A DNA stretch of 34,679 nucleotides from an uncultured Bacteroidota bacterium (GCA_903842515.1 CAIMMJ010000127.1:1-34679); one strand, 5' to 3'. Positions 1 to 9,723 are shown, counted from the first letter of the stretch. The notes: generated by a model not told the origin, from the sequence alone. Program-made: numbers and translations.

Positions 1-992
1 TACTCCCACACATCAACAATGTTTCCTTGGTAAGCCAAAGAAATTGCTTCTTGCGCAGTTCTTGCTGTTTGTAATCGCTTGGCAAGTTCATCTAAATTTG
101 TAAACACTTCGTCTACCCAACCTTGTGAGTGCCTTGTATGTATTGCCTTTTCATTTATTTCTGCCACCACACAAATTCCACCGGCAATTACAGTAGCTTT
201 AGGCTGTGCACCGCTCATTCCTCCTAGGCCACAGGTAACAAATACTTTTCCTTTTAATCCATCTCTGCCTTTTATAAATTTTCTTCCGGCATTCATTATA
301 GTAATACATGTGCCATGAACAATGCCTTGCGGACCAATATACATGTAAGAACCGGCGGTCATTTGACCATACTGCGTTACCCCTAAAGCGTTATATTTTT
401 CCCAGTCGTTGGGTTTAGAATAATTGGGTATCATCATTCCATTGGTAACTACCACCCTTGGTGCTTCTTTGTGAGAAGGAAAAAGGCCAAGCGGATGGCC
501 GGAATACATTACCAATGTTTGTTCGTCTGTCATTTCTGAGAGGTATTTCATGGTCAAGCGATACTGTGCCCAATTTTGAAATACCGCACCATTTCCGCCG
601 TAGGTAATTAGCTCATGAGGATGTTGAGCAACTGCATGGTCTAAATTATTTTGAATCATTAGCATGATGGATGCTGCCTGCTCACTTTTTGCAGGATATT
701 CCTCAATTGGTCTGGCGTATATTTTATGTGTGGGCATAAACCTGTACATGTAAATTCTACCGTATGTTTTTAGTTCGTTTAAAAACTCCTTTGCCAATGC
801 AGCATGAAACTTTTTGTTGAAATATCTTAAGGCATTTTTTAGTGCCAGCTTTTTTTCTTGGTGATTTAAAATGTCTTTTCTTTTGGGAGCGTGGTTTACA
901 TTACTGTCATACGCCAAAAGTTCCGGTAAATATTCAGGAATTCCCTCTGTTATTTCTTCTTGAAATGATTTTATTTTGCTCACTGTTTCCAT
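1..992 (-). CDS. hutU: Urocanate hydratase, 5' part (runs off the window start; not in the ORF track)
   Basis: Manual translation from ATG at 992: METVSKIKSFQEEITEGIP...NHAPKR...YGRIYMYRF...IQNNLDHAVAQHPHELITYGGNG...YSGHPLGLFPS...GQMTAGSYMYIGPQGIVHGT, typical of the long (eukaryote/Bacteroidota-type) urocanase. Confidence 0.95.
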   Translation of the reverse strand, partial: METVSKIKSFQEEITEGIPEYLPELLAYDSNVNHAPKRKDILNHQEKKLALKNALRYFNKKFHAALAKEFLNELKTYGRIYMYRFMPTHKIYARPIEEYPAKSEQAASIMLMIQNNLDHAVAQHPHELITYGGNGAVFQNWAQYRLTMKYLSEMTDEQTLVMYSGHPLGLFPSHKEAPRVVVTNGMMIPNYSKPNDWEKYNALGVTQYGQMTAGSYMYIGPQGIVHGTCITIMNAGRKFIKGRDGLKGKVFVTCGLGGMSGAQPKATVIAGGICVVAEINEKAIHTRHSQGWVDEVFTNLDELAKRLQTARTAQEAISLAYQGNIVDVWE

Positions 993-1006
993 AAAATATA
1001 TGGTGA

Positions 1007-1183
1007 TTAATTTTTTTGTTTTTTAAAACTGTCGGTACTTTTATTGTAGCCATATGGACAATGCCTGCAACCACTTTTGCAACAATGTCCTCTTTTTAAA
1101 TGATACTTTTCTGTAAACACCAAATATCCTTCGGGAGTTTTGTAAAAATCATCAGGTTCAAGTTCTGGTTTCTTTGCAAACAT
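1007..1183 (-). CDS. Small Cys-rich protein, DUF5522-like (58 aa; below the ORF-track cutoff)
   Basis: Manual translation MFAKKPELEPDDFYKTPEGYLVFTEKYHLKRGHCCKSGCRHCPYGYNKSTDSFKKQKN with the family motif VFTxxYHLKRGxCCxSGCRHCPY; ends 14 bp before the hutU start. Confidence 0.85.
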   Translation of the reverse strand: MFAKKPELEPDDFYKTPEGYLVFTEKYHLKRGHCCKSGCRHCPYGYNKSTDSFKKQKN

Positions 1184-1200
1184 GGTTTATTGCCTTTGGG

Positions 1201-1208
1201 CAAATTTA
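1201..1208 (-). promoter_or_regulatory. Bacteroidota -7 promoter element for the DUF5522-hutU unit
   Basis: TAAATTTG on the minus strand matches TAnnTTTG, 17 bp before the ATG at 1183. Confidence 0.6.
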
Positions 1209-1430
1209 CTATTCTATTTTAATAGATGTTGAATGTATTTTACAAATGAAGCCATAAAATGTTTTATGATAACTGTACAAATGTTAATTGCAATTTATTT
1301 GAAGTTTAATAATTCATTTAAATTCGTATTTTTGAATAAAGTTGTATTTATGAAATACTTGGAAAGGGATACAAATTATAAACGCAAGAAAAAAAATTCT
1401 ATTTTTTCTTCCTATGTAATTCAACGTTTA

Positions 1431-1691
1431 ATGAAAAAATATAACGTAGATACTAAAGAAGGAATTTTTTTATCCTCATTAGAGGAAGATGCACTATTGA
1501 GTGCTGCAAAAATTGCCTCTTCAAAAGCAGTTAGAACCTCAATGGCTTTAGGAATTACAATTAAAATTATTAGAAGCCGCGAAATTATTGCTATTAATTC
1601 TGATAAATCATTTAAGGTCTTAAGAAAAATATCTGTACCGCAACTTAACATTTCTTCTTTAAGAAAAGGAATGATTTTAAAAAGAAAATAG
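1431..1691 (+). CDS. Small basic hypothetical protein (86 aa), putative partner/antitoxin of the downstream ATPase
   Basis: Start moved from 1233 to the in-frame ATG at 1431 (MKKYNVDTKEG...) because the upstream extension reads like AT-rich intergenic DNA; stop is 1 bp before the ATPase start. Confidence 0.6.
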   Translation: MKKYNVDTKEGIFLSSLEEDALLSAAKIASSKAVRTSMALGITIKIIRSREIIAINSDKSFKVLRKISVPQLNISSLRKGMILKRK

Positions 1692-1692
1692 A

Positions 1693-2442
1693 ATGTCTTT
1701 ACCAAGACTGAGAATATTTGCAGGGCCAAATGGATCCGGAAAAAGTACACTCTTCGACTCTTTTTCAAAAAAATATGATGCTGGCGTATTTCTTAATGCC
1801 GATTTAATAGAGAAAGAACTGGAAACTAAAGGATACATTGATGTTAGCGAATTTAATTTAAATTTAAATCAGACAAATTTAGATGAGTTTTTAGAGACAG
1901 AAAGAGCTGTATCTCTTGTTAAAAAAGCCAATTCAGAATTTAATGAAATTAATATTGCATTAACAGAAAACATCATTGTTGGTGTTGAAAAGGAAACTCA
2001 TGGTTATGAAGGTGCATTAATCTGTTCATTTTTACGACATCATTTGCAAGAAAAGATGCTAAGTTTTTGTTTTGAGTCGGTAATGAGCCATCCGTCAAAA
2101 ATTGAAGAAATAAAAGAAGCAAAGCAAAAAGGATATAGAATTTATCTATACTTTATTTGTACAGATGATCTTGAAGTAAATATTTCCAGAGTAGAAAATA
2201 GAGTAGAAAAAGGAGGGCATAATGTTGCAAAAGAAAAAATATCTAGTCGTTACATTAATACATTAAACAATCTAATAAACATGATTGAATATGTTGACAA
2301 ATGCTATTTATTTGACAACTCTTCTGATATAGAGTTTAAGCTTATTGCCAAAATAGAGCAAAATCAATTATTGTTAGAAATTGAGCCGAAAGAATTACCA
2401 AACTGGTTTGTTGAATATGTACTAAAATATTATTTAATCTAG
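1693..2442 (+). CDS. Zeta-toxin-like P-loop ATPase/kinase (COG4185-type)
   Basis: N-terminal Walker A FAGPNGSGKST, NAD motif, SFCFESVMSHPSK, RVxxRVxxGGHNV and FDNS motifs. Confidence 0.85.
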   Translation: MSLPRLRIFAGPNGSGKSTLFDSFSKKYDAGVFLNADLIEKELETKGYIDVSEFNLNLNQTNLDEFLETERAVSLVKKANSEFNEINIALTENIIVGVEKETHGYEGALICSFLRHHLQEKMLSFCFESVMSHPSKIEEIKEAKQKGYRIYLYFICTDDLEVNISRVENRVEKGGHNVAKEKISSRYINTLNNLINMIEYVDKCYLFDNSSDIEFKLIAKIEQNQLLLEIEPKELPNWFVEYVLKYYLI

Positions 2443-2560
2443 TTTTATTATCCTCAGTTGAACTGCACAAACTTCAGATAATATTAACTTTACTATTTCA
2501 AATTGTTGGCAATAAATAAAAACGCTAGAGTAATTTTTTTAATAACTTATACTATAAATT

Positions 2561-3460
2561 TTGATAGATTTTGAGCAAAAACTTTTAGTTTCAGCGCCTC
2601 CATTAGAACATTTAAACATTGCAAACAACACACAAAACTACCATTGCAGCGTTTTGCGTTTAGATAAAATAAATGCTTGGTACGGAGGAAATAAATACTA
2701 TAAACTTAAAAAAAACCTAGAGGAATTTTATTCCGGCAATTATAGCAGTATAATTACTTTTGGTGGTGCTTATTCTAACCACATTTATTCATTGGCTGCA
2801 ATAGGAAAAGAATTGGGCATAAAAACTATTGGATACATAAGAGGACTTGAGCCAGATAAACTAAGTTCAACACTTAATTTTGCAAAAGAATGCGGAATGG
2901 AATTGGTTTGGATTTCACGAACTGATTATTCCTTAAAAAACGAAAAAGTTTTTGTTGATACGCTGCAAAAAAAACACCCCAATTGTTTACTAATTCCGGA
3001 GGGAGCAAGCAATGATCTTGGAATTGAAGGATGCAAAGAAATTACAATGGAAATTACCTGTGACTTTGATTACATTATTGTTGCTTGTGGCACGGGCAGC
3101 ACACTGGCAGGAATTGTTAGTGGCCTTAAGCCGCAGCAAATGGCAATTGGAATTTCTGTTGTTAAAGGTGTTGATACGTTGAGTTCTTTTGTTTGTAATA
3201 AAAACCCTGAAAAGAGAAATAATTTTAAAGTATTGTTTGATTATCACTACGGAGGTTATGCAAAAAAAAGTTTGTTGCTGGAGCAATTTGTAAACGGCTT
3301 TTACAAAGAAAACCAGGTGCCCTTAGATATGGTGTATACCGCAAAAGCAATGGCCGGATTGTTTGATTTGATAGAAAAAAATCTTTTTGAACCTCACTCA
3401 AAAATTGTGTTTGTTCATACAGGAGGATTACAAAATGGAGAAATGGCGGTGGGAAATTAA
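2561..3460 (+). CDS. PLP-dependent D-cysteine desulfhydrase / ACC deaminase family protein
   Basis: GGNKYYKL (PLP lysine), TFGGAYSNH, IPEGAS, ACGTGSTLAG. The YTAK and HTGG motifs (rather than YEGK/HLGG) point away from true ACC deaminase. TTG start uncertain. Confidence 0.85.
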   Translation: MIDFEQKLLVSAPPLEHLNIANNTQNYHCSVLRLDKINAWYGGNKYYKLKKNLEEFYSGNYSSIITFGGAYSNHIYSLAAIGKELGIKTIGYIRGLEPDKLSSTLNFAKECGMELVWISRTDYSLKNEKVFVDTLQKKHPNCLLIPEGASNDLGIEGCKEITMEITCDFDYIIVACGTGSTLAGIVSGLKPQQMAIGISVVKGVDTLSSFVCNKNPEKRNNFKVLFDYHYGGYAKKSLLLEQFVNGFYKENQVPLDMVYTAKAMAGLFDLIEKNLFEPHSKIVFVHTGGLQNGEMAVGN

Positions 3461-3508
3461 TTTAAAATTTCAGAAATATTTTTTCTAATTTTAACTCCAA
3501 CATAAATT

Positions 3509-5575
3509 ATGAAAAACAACATATTGTTTCTTTTACTTTTTCTTTGCGGTGTAGGCTCATCTGCACAAGAAATTAATGTTTGTGGAACAGACATTTTGAT
3601 GGAACGCAGAATGAAAAAATTTCCGCTCATAAAAGAAAAAAGAAAAATGATGGATTTGCAGCCGCAAAAAAATTCGTTGCTTACTGCCACCTACACTATA
3701 CCTATTGTTTTTCATATTTTACATCAAAATGGCCCAGAAAACATTTCGGATGATCAAGTAAGAGACGGACTAAGAATTTTAAACGAAGATTTTTCTAAAA
3801 CCAATCCTGATATAGAGCAGGTAATCCCCTCGTTTACTTCTATAGCAGATTCTACAAGAATTAAATTTGTATTGCCAACCATTGATCCCTTAGGGAATTG
3901 CACCAATGGCATTATTCATTATTACGATGCAAATACAAATTGGGACGCCAATGTTTCGGAATACGCTTATACATGGGACCCTACAAAGTATTTAAACATT
4001 TATATTGTAAAAACCATTGACGTGGGTAATGGATTTTCTGCCGCAGGTTATACTTATTTACCGGGCACATGGCCTGATGGTGCAAGCCAAGATGCAATTG
4101 TAATGCTCAACAATTATTTTGGGTCCATTGGCACCGGAAATTACTTTATTTCTAGAGTACTCACCCACGAAATAGGACATTGGCTAAACCTCTATCATGT
4201 TTTTGGAGGAAGCAATAGTGCGGGTGTTGATTGCAATAGCGACGATTTTGTGGACGATACCCCCACAACACTTGGATATTTATTTTGTCCGGATTCTAAT
4301 AATCCTAGCTCCTATCAGGTTTGTACGCCCGGGGTTGACGAAAATTTTCAGAATTATATGGACTATTCATATTGCTGCAAAATGTTTACTGCCGGTCAAG
4401 GACAAAGAATGAGGGATGCCTTATCTTCTAGCGTTTCGGGAAGAAACAATCTATGGAATGCAGAAAACTTAGCTTTAACGGGTGTTTTTAATTTACAGAG
4501 CAACTGCGCCCCTCAAGCAGCTTTTAGCATAAGTAATTCTCAAACATGTGTTGGCGTGCCAATTACGTTTTACGACAACAGTTGGAATGGTTTTCCACAA
4601 TTTTACAGCTGGACTTTCCCTGGAGGAAATCCATCCACATCGTCAGAACAAAATCCGGTTGTTACTTACAATACACCAGGTGTATATTCCGTAACTTTTT
4701 CTTGCGGAAATTCAGCGGGCACAAGCACACCAATTTTTTTAGAAAACATTATTTCTGTGCAAGAGAATTCGCCGGGTGTGTATGCAAACTTTTGGGAAGA
4801 GAATTTCGAAAGTAATAGTATTCCTGGCGTAGATTGGAGAGTAAACAACAACAGCGGTGGTGCACAATGGGCTATGACAAACGAAACAAGTGTTTCGGGA
4901 ATTTTGTGTGCCAAACTTACCAGAGAATTTAATTTTAGATTTAACGTAGCAGAGCTAATTGGTCCTTCGGTGAACTTAAGCAGCTTTTCTGCTCCGCTCC
5001 TAACATTTAAATTAGCTGCTGCAGAGGTTTTTCCGGAACACGTAAATACCCTAAAGGTTTTTGCAAGTGTAGATTGCGAACAAAACTGGATAGAGCTATA
5101 CAGTAGAATTGGCCAGCAATTGGTAACAAGTAGCAGCACCGAGCCTGGGTTTATACCTCAAGGTGGCGGAGATTGGCGGATGGAATCTATTAACCTTAAT
5201 GCCTTGGCGAATGAAGATCACGTGTTATTTAAATTTGTTTATTACAGAGATAGTTTGCCACAGCCCAATAATGTTTTTATTGATGATATAAACATTGGCT
5301 CGCCTGATTTAACCTCAACTAACAATGAAGGCAAACATTTTGATGTTTTCCCTAACCCAAGCACCGGAAATATTTTTGTAAATGCTCCGCTTAATTCTTC
5401 TTTTTTTGTTGAACTTTATGATTCAAAAGGTAAATTAATAAAAAGAAAACAACACTCTGCTGCGGCAAATAATTCCATTAATTTAAGCGATGGAAAAAAC
5501 CTGGTAAAAGGATTGTATTTGGTTAAAGTTTACGCTTCAGATGTAGTGTTTACCAAGAAAATAATTGTAGAATAA
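3509..5575 (+). CDS. Secreted M43 (pappalysin-type) zinc metalloprotease with PKD domain and T9SS type A sorting domain
   Basis: Signal peptide, CGTD cysteine switch, IPIVFHILH, HEIGHWLNLYHVF zinc motif, NYMDYS Met-turn, WTFPGGNP PKD motif, FPNPSTG...KGLYLVKV...KKIIVE CTD. Confidence 0.92.
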   Translation: MKNNILFLLLFLCGVGSSAQEINVCGTDILMERRMKKFPLIKEKRKMMDLQPQKNSLLTATYTIPIVFHILHQNGPENISDDQVRDGLRILNEDFSKTNPDIEQVIPSFTSIADSTRIKFVLPTIDPLGNCTNGIIHYYDANTNWDANVSEYAYTWDPTKYLNIYIVKTIDVGNGFSAAGYTYLPGTWPDGASQDAIVMLNNYFGSIGTGNYFISRVLTHEIGHWLNLYHVFGGSNSAGVDCNSDDFVDDTPTTLGYLFCPDSNNPSSYQVCTPGVDENFQNYMDYSYCCKMFTAGQGQRMRDALSSSVSGRNNLWNAENLALTGVFNLQSNCAPQAAFSISNSQTCVGVPITFYDNSWNGFPQFYSWTFPGGNPSTSSEQNPVVTYNTPGVYSVTFSCGNSAGTSTPIFLENIISVQENSPGVYANFWEENFESNSIPGVDWRVNNNSGGAQWAMTNETSVSGILCAKLTREFNFRFNVAELIGPSVNLSSFSAPLLTFKLAAAEVFPEHVNTLKVFASVDCEQNWIELYSRIGQQLVTSSSTEPGFIPQGGGDWRMESINLNALANEDHVLFKFVYYRDSLPQPNNVFIDDINIGSPDLTSTNNEGKHFDVFPNPSTGNIFVNAPLNSSFFVELYDSKGKLIKRKQHSAAANNSINLSDGKNLVKGLYLVKVYASDVVFTKKIIVE

Positions 5576-5612
5576 ATCTACAATCTATTTGTGTTTAGGC
5601 TTATAAAGTGTA

Positions 5613-5867
5613 TTAACTTTGAGGAGTAATAGAAATTTCAAAATATTCCATTACAGAATTGGCCAATAATTTTTTGCAGGCAATCTCAACATTTTCTTTT
5701 GCTTGCTCAATAGAGTTGGCTTCAATTTCTAGGTCTATACTCTTGCCAATTCTAACATCGTTTATCAAGGTTAAATTTAGATTTTTTAAGCCCAATAAAA
5801 CCGCTTTTCCTTGAGGGTCCAATAAATTTTTATTGGGCATAATTTTTACAGAAGCAGTGTACTTCAT
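5613..5867 (-). CDS. purS: Phosphoribosylformylglycinamidine synthase subunit PurS
   Basis: LLDPQGKAV, VRIGK and KLLANSVME motifs; 84 aa. Confidence 0.95.
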   Translation of the reverse strand: MKYTASVKIMPNKNLLDPQGKAVLLGLKNLNLTLINDVRIGKSIDLEIEANSIEQAKENVEIACKKLLANSVMEYFEISITPQS

Positions 5868-5875
5868 TTAAAAAA

Positions 5876-6106
5876 CTATTTTTTTGTACATGAATAATCT
5901 GGAGCAAAATTTGCTGCAGATGCTGCTTTGGCAGATAATTCTTCGTTATTTAATTCTGTAGAATTGCCACACACTTGTGGTCTTACAATGGTAGTATCTT
6001 TTAAATCTCTTTTGTAGGTGTATTCGCAAGTAATGCATTTGTTACAAGAAGAAATAGAAACTGCTAATGCAATTAAGAAAGTGGTGGTGCTTATAATTTT
6101 TTTCAC
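5876..6106 (-). CDS. Small Cys-rich lipoprotein (paralog of 6148-6381)
   Basis: GTG start, hydrophobic signal ending ISSC lipobox, then CxxCxxC...VCGN...YSC; co-oriented with purS, 8 bp gap. Confidence 0.75.
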   Translation of the reverse strand: MKKIISTTTFLIALAVSISSCNKCITCEYTYKRDLKDTTIVRPQVCGNSTELNNEELSAKAASAANFAPDYSCTKK

Positions 6107-6147
6107 GATTCTATATTTTAATGATGCAATGATAAATAATTAATGTT

Positions 6148-6381
6148 TTAATCCCAAATACGAGTGTTCTTTTCCGTGCACTCTAATTTATTTTGTGGTG
6201 GTTTGTTTTGTTCTAATCTGTCTTGATAGTCTATAATATCTTTTCTGTTGCCACAGGTTTCGGGGTATGTAAATGAAAGACTATCGTTTGAGGCAGAAAC
6301 TTGTTGGCAAGTAACACATTTTTCGCAAGAGCTAAAACCTATTGTTAAAAGCAAAAACAGAGTTGCATAAATAAATTTCAT
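6148..6381 (-). CDS. Small Cys-rich lipoprotein (paralog of 5876-6106)
   Basis: Signal peptide ending FSSC, then CEKCVTC...TCGN...LEC. Confidence 0.75.
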   Translation of the reverse strand: MKFIYATLFLLLTIGFSSCEKCVTCQQVSASNDSLSFTYPETCGNRKDIIDYQDRLEQNKPPQNKLECTEKNTRIWD

Positions 6382-6448
6382 ACTTATTTTAAAATTAAAT
6401 TTACAAATAATGATTTAAAAGTACATATTTTTTTGTTTCAGCAATTTT

Positions 6449-7030
6449 TTATCCGTGGATGGTTTCTTTTTTACCATAATTGGCAATTACGGATGCTTCA
6501 AATTCTAAAAATGCCTTCCACCTATCGTCTACCTCTTTTTCTGGAAAAAACTTTTTCGCTAACTTAATAAATGTGGTATAATGTCCTGCTTCGCTAATCA
6601 TTAATTCTCTGTAGAACTCTGCCAATTCAGGGTCATTTATTTTTTGCGACAACACCTTAAATCTCTCGCAGCTTCTGGCTTCTATCATGGCAGAAAAAAG
6701 CAAACGATCCATCAACACAATGTCTCTGTTGTATCCTTTTCGCACAAATTGAATAAGTTCGTTTACGTAGCTGTCTTTTCTTTCTCTGCCCAAGGTAAAG
6801 CCTCTTTTTACAATAATTTGATGAACCTGTTTAAAATGCTGCAACTCTTCTTGAGCAATTTCTAAAAGCTGTTGCACAATTTCTGTATGTTCTGGGTAAT
6901 TTACCACAATAGAAATTGCGTTGCTCAACGCTTTTTGTTCACAAAATGCATGGTCGGTAAGTACCTCCGAAATATTAGATTCTACTAATTCTACCCATCT
7001 TGGGTCGGTTGCCAATTTTAATCCCAGCAT
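6449..7030 (-). CDS. miaE: tRNA-(ms2io6A) hydroxylase MiaE (ferritin-like di-iron)
   Basis: DHAFCEQKA, EELQHF, IEARSCERF and SEAGHY di-iron motifs. Confidence 0.92.
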   Translation of the reverse strand: MLGLKLATDPRWVELVESNISEVLTDHAFCEQKALSNAISIVVNYPEHTEIVQQLLEIAQEELQHFKQVHQIIVKRGFTLGRERKDSYVNELIQFVRKGYNRDIVLMDRLLFSAMIEARSCERFKVLSQKINDPELAEFYRELMISEAGHYTTFIKLAKKFFPEKEVDDRWKAFLEFEASVIANYGKKETIHG

Positions 7031-8269
7031 TTATTCAAAAGATAGTAATGTATTTTTAATGATTTCTACGCACTCTAATATTTGCTCTTTGGTAATGTTT
7101 AAAGGAGGAGCAAATCTAATTATATCGCCGTGAGTAGGTTTTGCCAACAATCCATTTTCTGCCAGTTTTAAACAAACACTCCAAGCGTCTTTGCCAGGAA
7201 TATTTTTTATAACAATTGCATTAAGCAATCCTTTTCCTCTAACGTCGGCAATAAGAGGGCTGTTTAAATTCTTTAATTCATCCCTCAACAATTTACCCAA
7301 TTCATTGGCATTTTCTGCTAATTTTTCGTCGAGCAAAACTTGCAATGCCTCCATTGCAACAGCACAAGCCAAAGGATTTCCGCCATAAGTGGAGCCGTGT
7401 TCACCCGGCTTTATGTTTAACATGATATGGTTGTTGCACAAAACAGCAGATACCGGCATTGTGCCTCCACTTAATGCCTTGCCCAAAATTAAAATATCTG
7501 GTTTAACATTTTCGTGGTCGCATGCCAACATTTTTCCTGTTCTTGCCAAGCCTGTTTGCACCTCATCGGCAATGTACAAAACGTTGTTCCTTTTGCACAA
7601 ATCAAACGATTTGCTCAAGTATCCTTCACTTGGAACAACAACTCCTGCTTCGCCTTGAATGGGTTCTACCATAAAACCTGCAACAGTTTTATCTTTTAAT
7701 GCATTTTCTAGTGCTTCCAAATCGTTGTAAGGAATAATTACATAACCCGGCATAAATGGACCAAATCCGCTAAAGCTGCTTGGGTCTGTAGAAGAAGAGA
7801 TGGCAGCAAGCGTTCTGCCCCAAAAATTTCCAGCTACAAAAATTATTTTTGCCTCGTTTTCTGGAATTCCTTTTTTTACGTATCCCCATTTTCTTGCTAA
7901 TTTTATGGCGGTTTCTCCTGCCTCAACTCCTGTGTTCATAGGCAATACCTTATCATAGCCAAAAAAAGCAGTGATGTATTTTTCGTATTTCCCCAATAAA
8001 TTATTGTAAAATGCCCTGGATGTTAATGTAAGTTTATGTGCTTGCTCTACAAATGCTTTTGTAATTCTTGGATGACAATGGCCTTGATTTACGGCAGAGT
8101 ATGCAGATAAAAAGTCAAAATATTTTTTACCGGCAACATCCCATAGAAAAACCCCTTCTCCTTTTTCAATAACTACAGGTAAAGGGTGGTAATTGTGTGC
8201 TCCGTAATTTTCTTCTAATTGAATGTATTTGTCAAACGAATTTTCTAATACTGTTGTTGATTGAGGCAT
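7031..8269 (-). CDS. rocD: Ornithine aminotransferase
   Basis: [64 protein letters not shown]. Confidence 0.96.
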   Translation of the reverse strand: MPQSTTVLENSFDKYIQLEENYGAHNYHPLPVVIEKGEGVFLWDVAGKKYFDFLSAYSAVNQGHCHPRITKAFVEQAHKLTLTSRAFYNNLLGKYEKYITAFFGYDKVLPMNTGVEAGETAIKLARKWGYVKKGIPENEAKIIFVAGNFWGRTLAAISSSTDPSSFSGFGPFMPGYVIIPYNDLEALENALKDKTVAGFMVEPIQGEAGVVVPSEGYLSKSFDLCKRNNVLYIADEVQTGLARTGKMLACDHENVKPDILILGKALSGGTMPVSAVLCNNHIMLNIKPGEHGSTYGGNPLACAVAMEALQVLLDEKLAENANELGKLLRDELKNLNSPLIADVRGKGLLNAIVIKNIPGKDAWSVCLKLAENGLLAKPTHGDIIRFAPPLNITKEQILECVEIIKNTLLSFE

Positions 8270-8393
8270 AAAATTGATTTTGAGGACGTAAAGTTAATCC
8301 TTTTTTGTTGAAATATGTGCCGCGAACCTATTCAATAAAAAGAAATTACACTACACATTACTTGTATCCACTAAAAATTTAGCAATTACTTAG

Positions 8394-8401
8394 TACTTTT
8401 G
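8394..8401 (+). promoter_or_regulatory. -7 promoter element of trpS
   Basis: TACTTTTG matches TAnnTTTG, 17 bp before the ATG. Confidence 0.55.
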
Positions 8402-8418
8402 AAAAAATTAATCACTTA

Positions 8419-9387
8419 ATGAAAAGAGTACTCACAGGAATACAGAGCAGTGGAATTCCGCATCTAGGAAATATTTTAGGGGCAATTGTTCCTGCCATAG
8501 AATTGTCGAAAAAAGAGGGAACAGAATCATTTATTTTTATTGCAGATTTTCATTCATTAACCACAATTAAAGATGCTCCAACAAGAATAAAAAACGTTTA
8601 CGCAGTGGCGGCAGCATGGATTGCATTTGGGTTTGACACTGAAAAAAACTTTTTTTATCGCCAAAGCAAAATTCCACAAGTAACAGAATTAACTTGGTAT
8701 TTAAGTTGTTTTACTCCCTTTCCAATGTTGGCAAACGCCCACTCTTTTAAAGATAAATCAGATAAACTTAGCGATGTAAATGCGGGGCTTTTTGTGTATC
8801 CTGTGTTGATGGCTGCAGATATTATTTTGTATCAGGCCAACGAAGTTCCGGTGGGTAAAGACCAAGTGCAGCATTTAGAAATTACAAGAGACATTGCCCA
8901 ACATTTTAATAATTTATACGGCCAAACGTTTGTTTTGCCAAAGGCAGTGATAGACGAAAATGTAATGATTATACCGGGAACCGACGGACAAAAAATGAGC
9001 AAGTCGTACAATAATTTTATTGATATTTTTCTGCCCGAAAAAGAACTAGAAAAACAAATAAAACTTATAGTAACAGATAGCAAAGAATTAGAAGAATCTA
9101 AGAACCCTGATACATGTAATGTTTTTAAATTGTTTAGCTTAATTGCCGATAATGCATCCATAAAAACCATGAGAGAAAAATACATTGCTGGTGGCTATGG
9201 CTATGGACATGCAAAAAAAGAACTCTTTAATACCATTTTAGAAAAATACAAATTGCAAAGAGAAAAATACAATTATTTGATGCAAAACACCAATGAATTA
9301 GAGGCCCTCTTAAGCATTGGCGAAAATAAAGCAGCTCAAGTTGCTCAAGTAACGTTAACGGATGTACGACAAAAACTAGGTTTTTAA
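8419..9387 (+). CDS. trpS: Tryptophan--tRNA ligase
   Basis: HLGN (HIGH), YPVLMAADI, VPVGKDQ and KMSKS motifs. Confidence 0.97.
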   Translation: MKRVLTGIQSSGIPHLGNILGAIVPAIELSKKEGTESFIFIADFHSLTTIKDAPTRIKNVYAVAAAWIAFGFDTEKNFFYRQSKIPQVTELTWYLSCFTPFPMLANAHSFKDKSDKLSDVNAGLFVYPVLMAADIILYQANEVPVGKDQVQHLEITRDIAQHFNNLYGQTFVLPKAVIDENVMIIPGTDGQKMSKSYNNFIDIFLPEKELEKQIKLIVTDSKELEESKNPDTCNVFKLFSLIADNASIKTMREKYIAGGYGYGHAKKELFNTILEKYKLQREKYNYLMQNTNELEALLSIGENKAAQVAQVTLTDVRQKLGF

Positions 9388-9393
9388 AAAAAC

Positions 9394-9723
9394 ATGGAAG
9401 CAACATCCATTATTTATCATTTTGCCACAATAGAAGGGTGGGAAGCACAACAAAAAAATGAGGAATATTTTCCATCTGCTTTTTTGCAAGAAGGATTTAT
9501 TCATTGTTGCACTAAAAATCAATTAGAAGGCGTATTAAAAAGATATTTTAAATCTTCAGACAAGGTTTACTTAATAACCGTAGATACTAAAAAAGTTGTT
9601 GCTCCACTAAAAATAGAACTAGCCAGCAATGGCGATTTTTTTCCTCATATTTATGGTAAGATAAACAAATCTGCCATCGTTAAATCTGAGCTAATTGTTG
9701 TTTGTAATTTTAGATTAAATTAA
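9394..9723 (+). CDS. DUF952 family protein
   Basis: IYH...W...EGFIHC...FPHIYGKIN..A motif set. Confidence 0.88.
   Translation: MEATSIIYHFATIEGWEAQQKNEEYFPSAFLQEGFIHCCTKNQLEGVLKRYFKSSDKVYLITVDTKKVVAPLKIELASNGDFFPHIYGKINKSAIVKSELIVVCNFRLN

Noticed and set aside
79-318. ORF-track 79-aa plus-strand ORF
   Set aside because: It is antisense to the clearly recognisable hutU frame.
1233-1430. N-terminal extension of the small ORF, and the antisense ORF 1421-1768
   Set aside because: The extension is low-complexity F/K/N-rich translation of AT-rich DNA; the antisense ORF overlaps two better-supported genes.
2561-3460. True ACC deaminase (plant-associated trait)
   Set aside because: It lacks the diagnostic Glu and Leu residues (has YTAK and HTGG), so a D-cysteine desulfhydrase-like enzyme is more likely.
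5876-6381. Radical-SAM motif or RiPP precursors in the Cys-rich ORFs
   Set aside because: Spacing is CxxCxxC rather than CxxxCxxC, the first Cys is a lipobox Cys, and no modifying enzymes or transporter are nearby.
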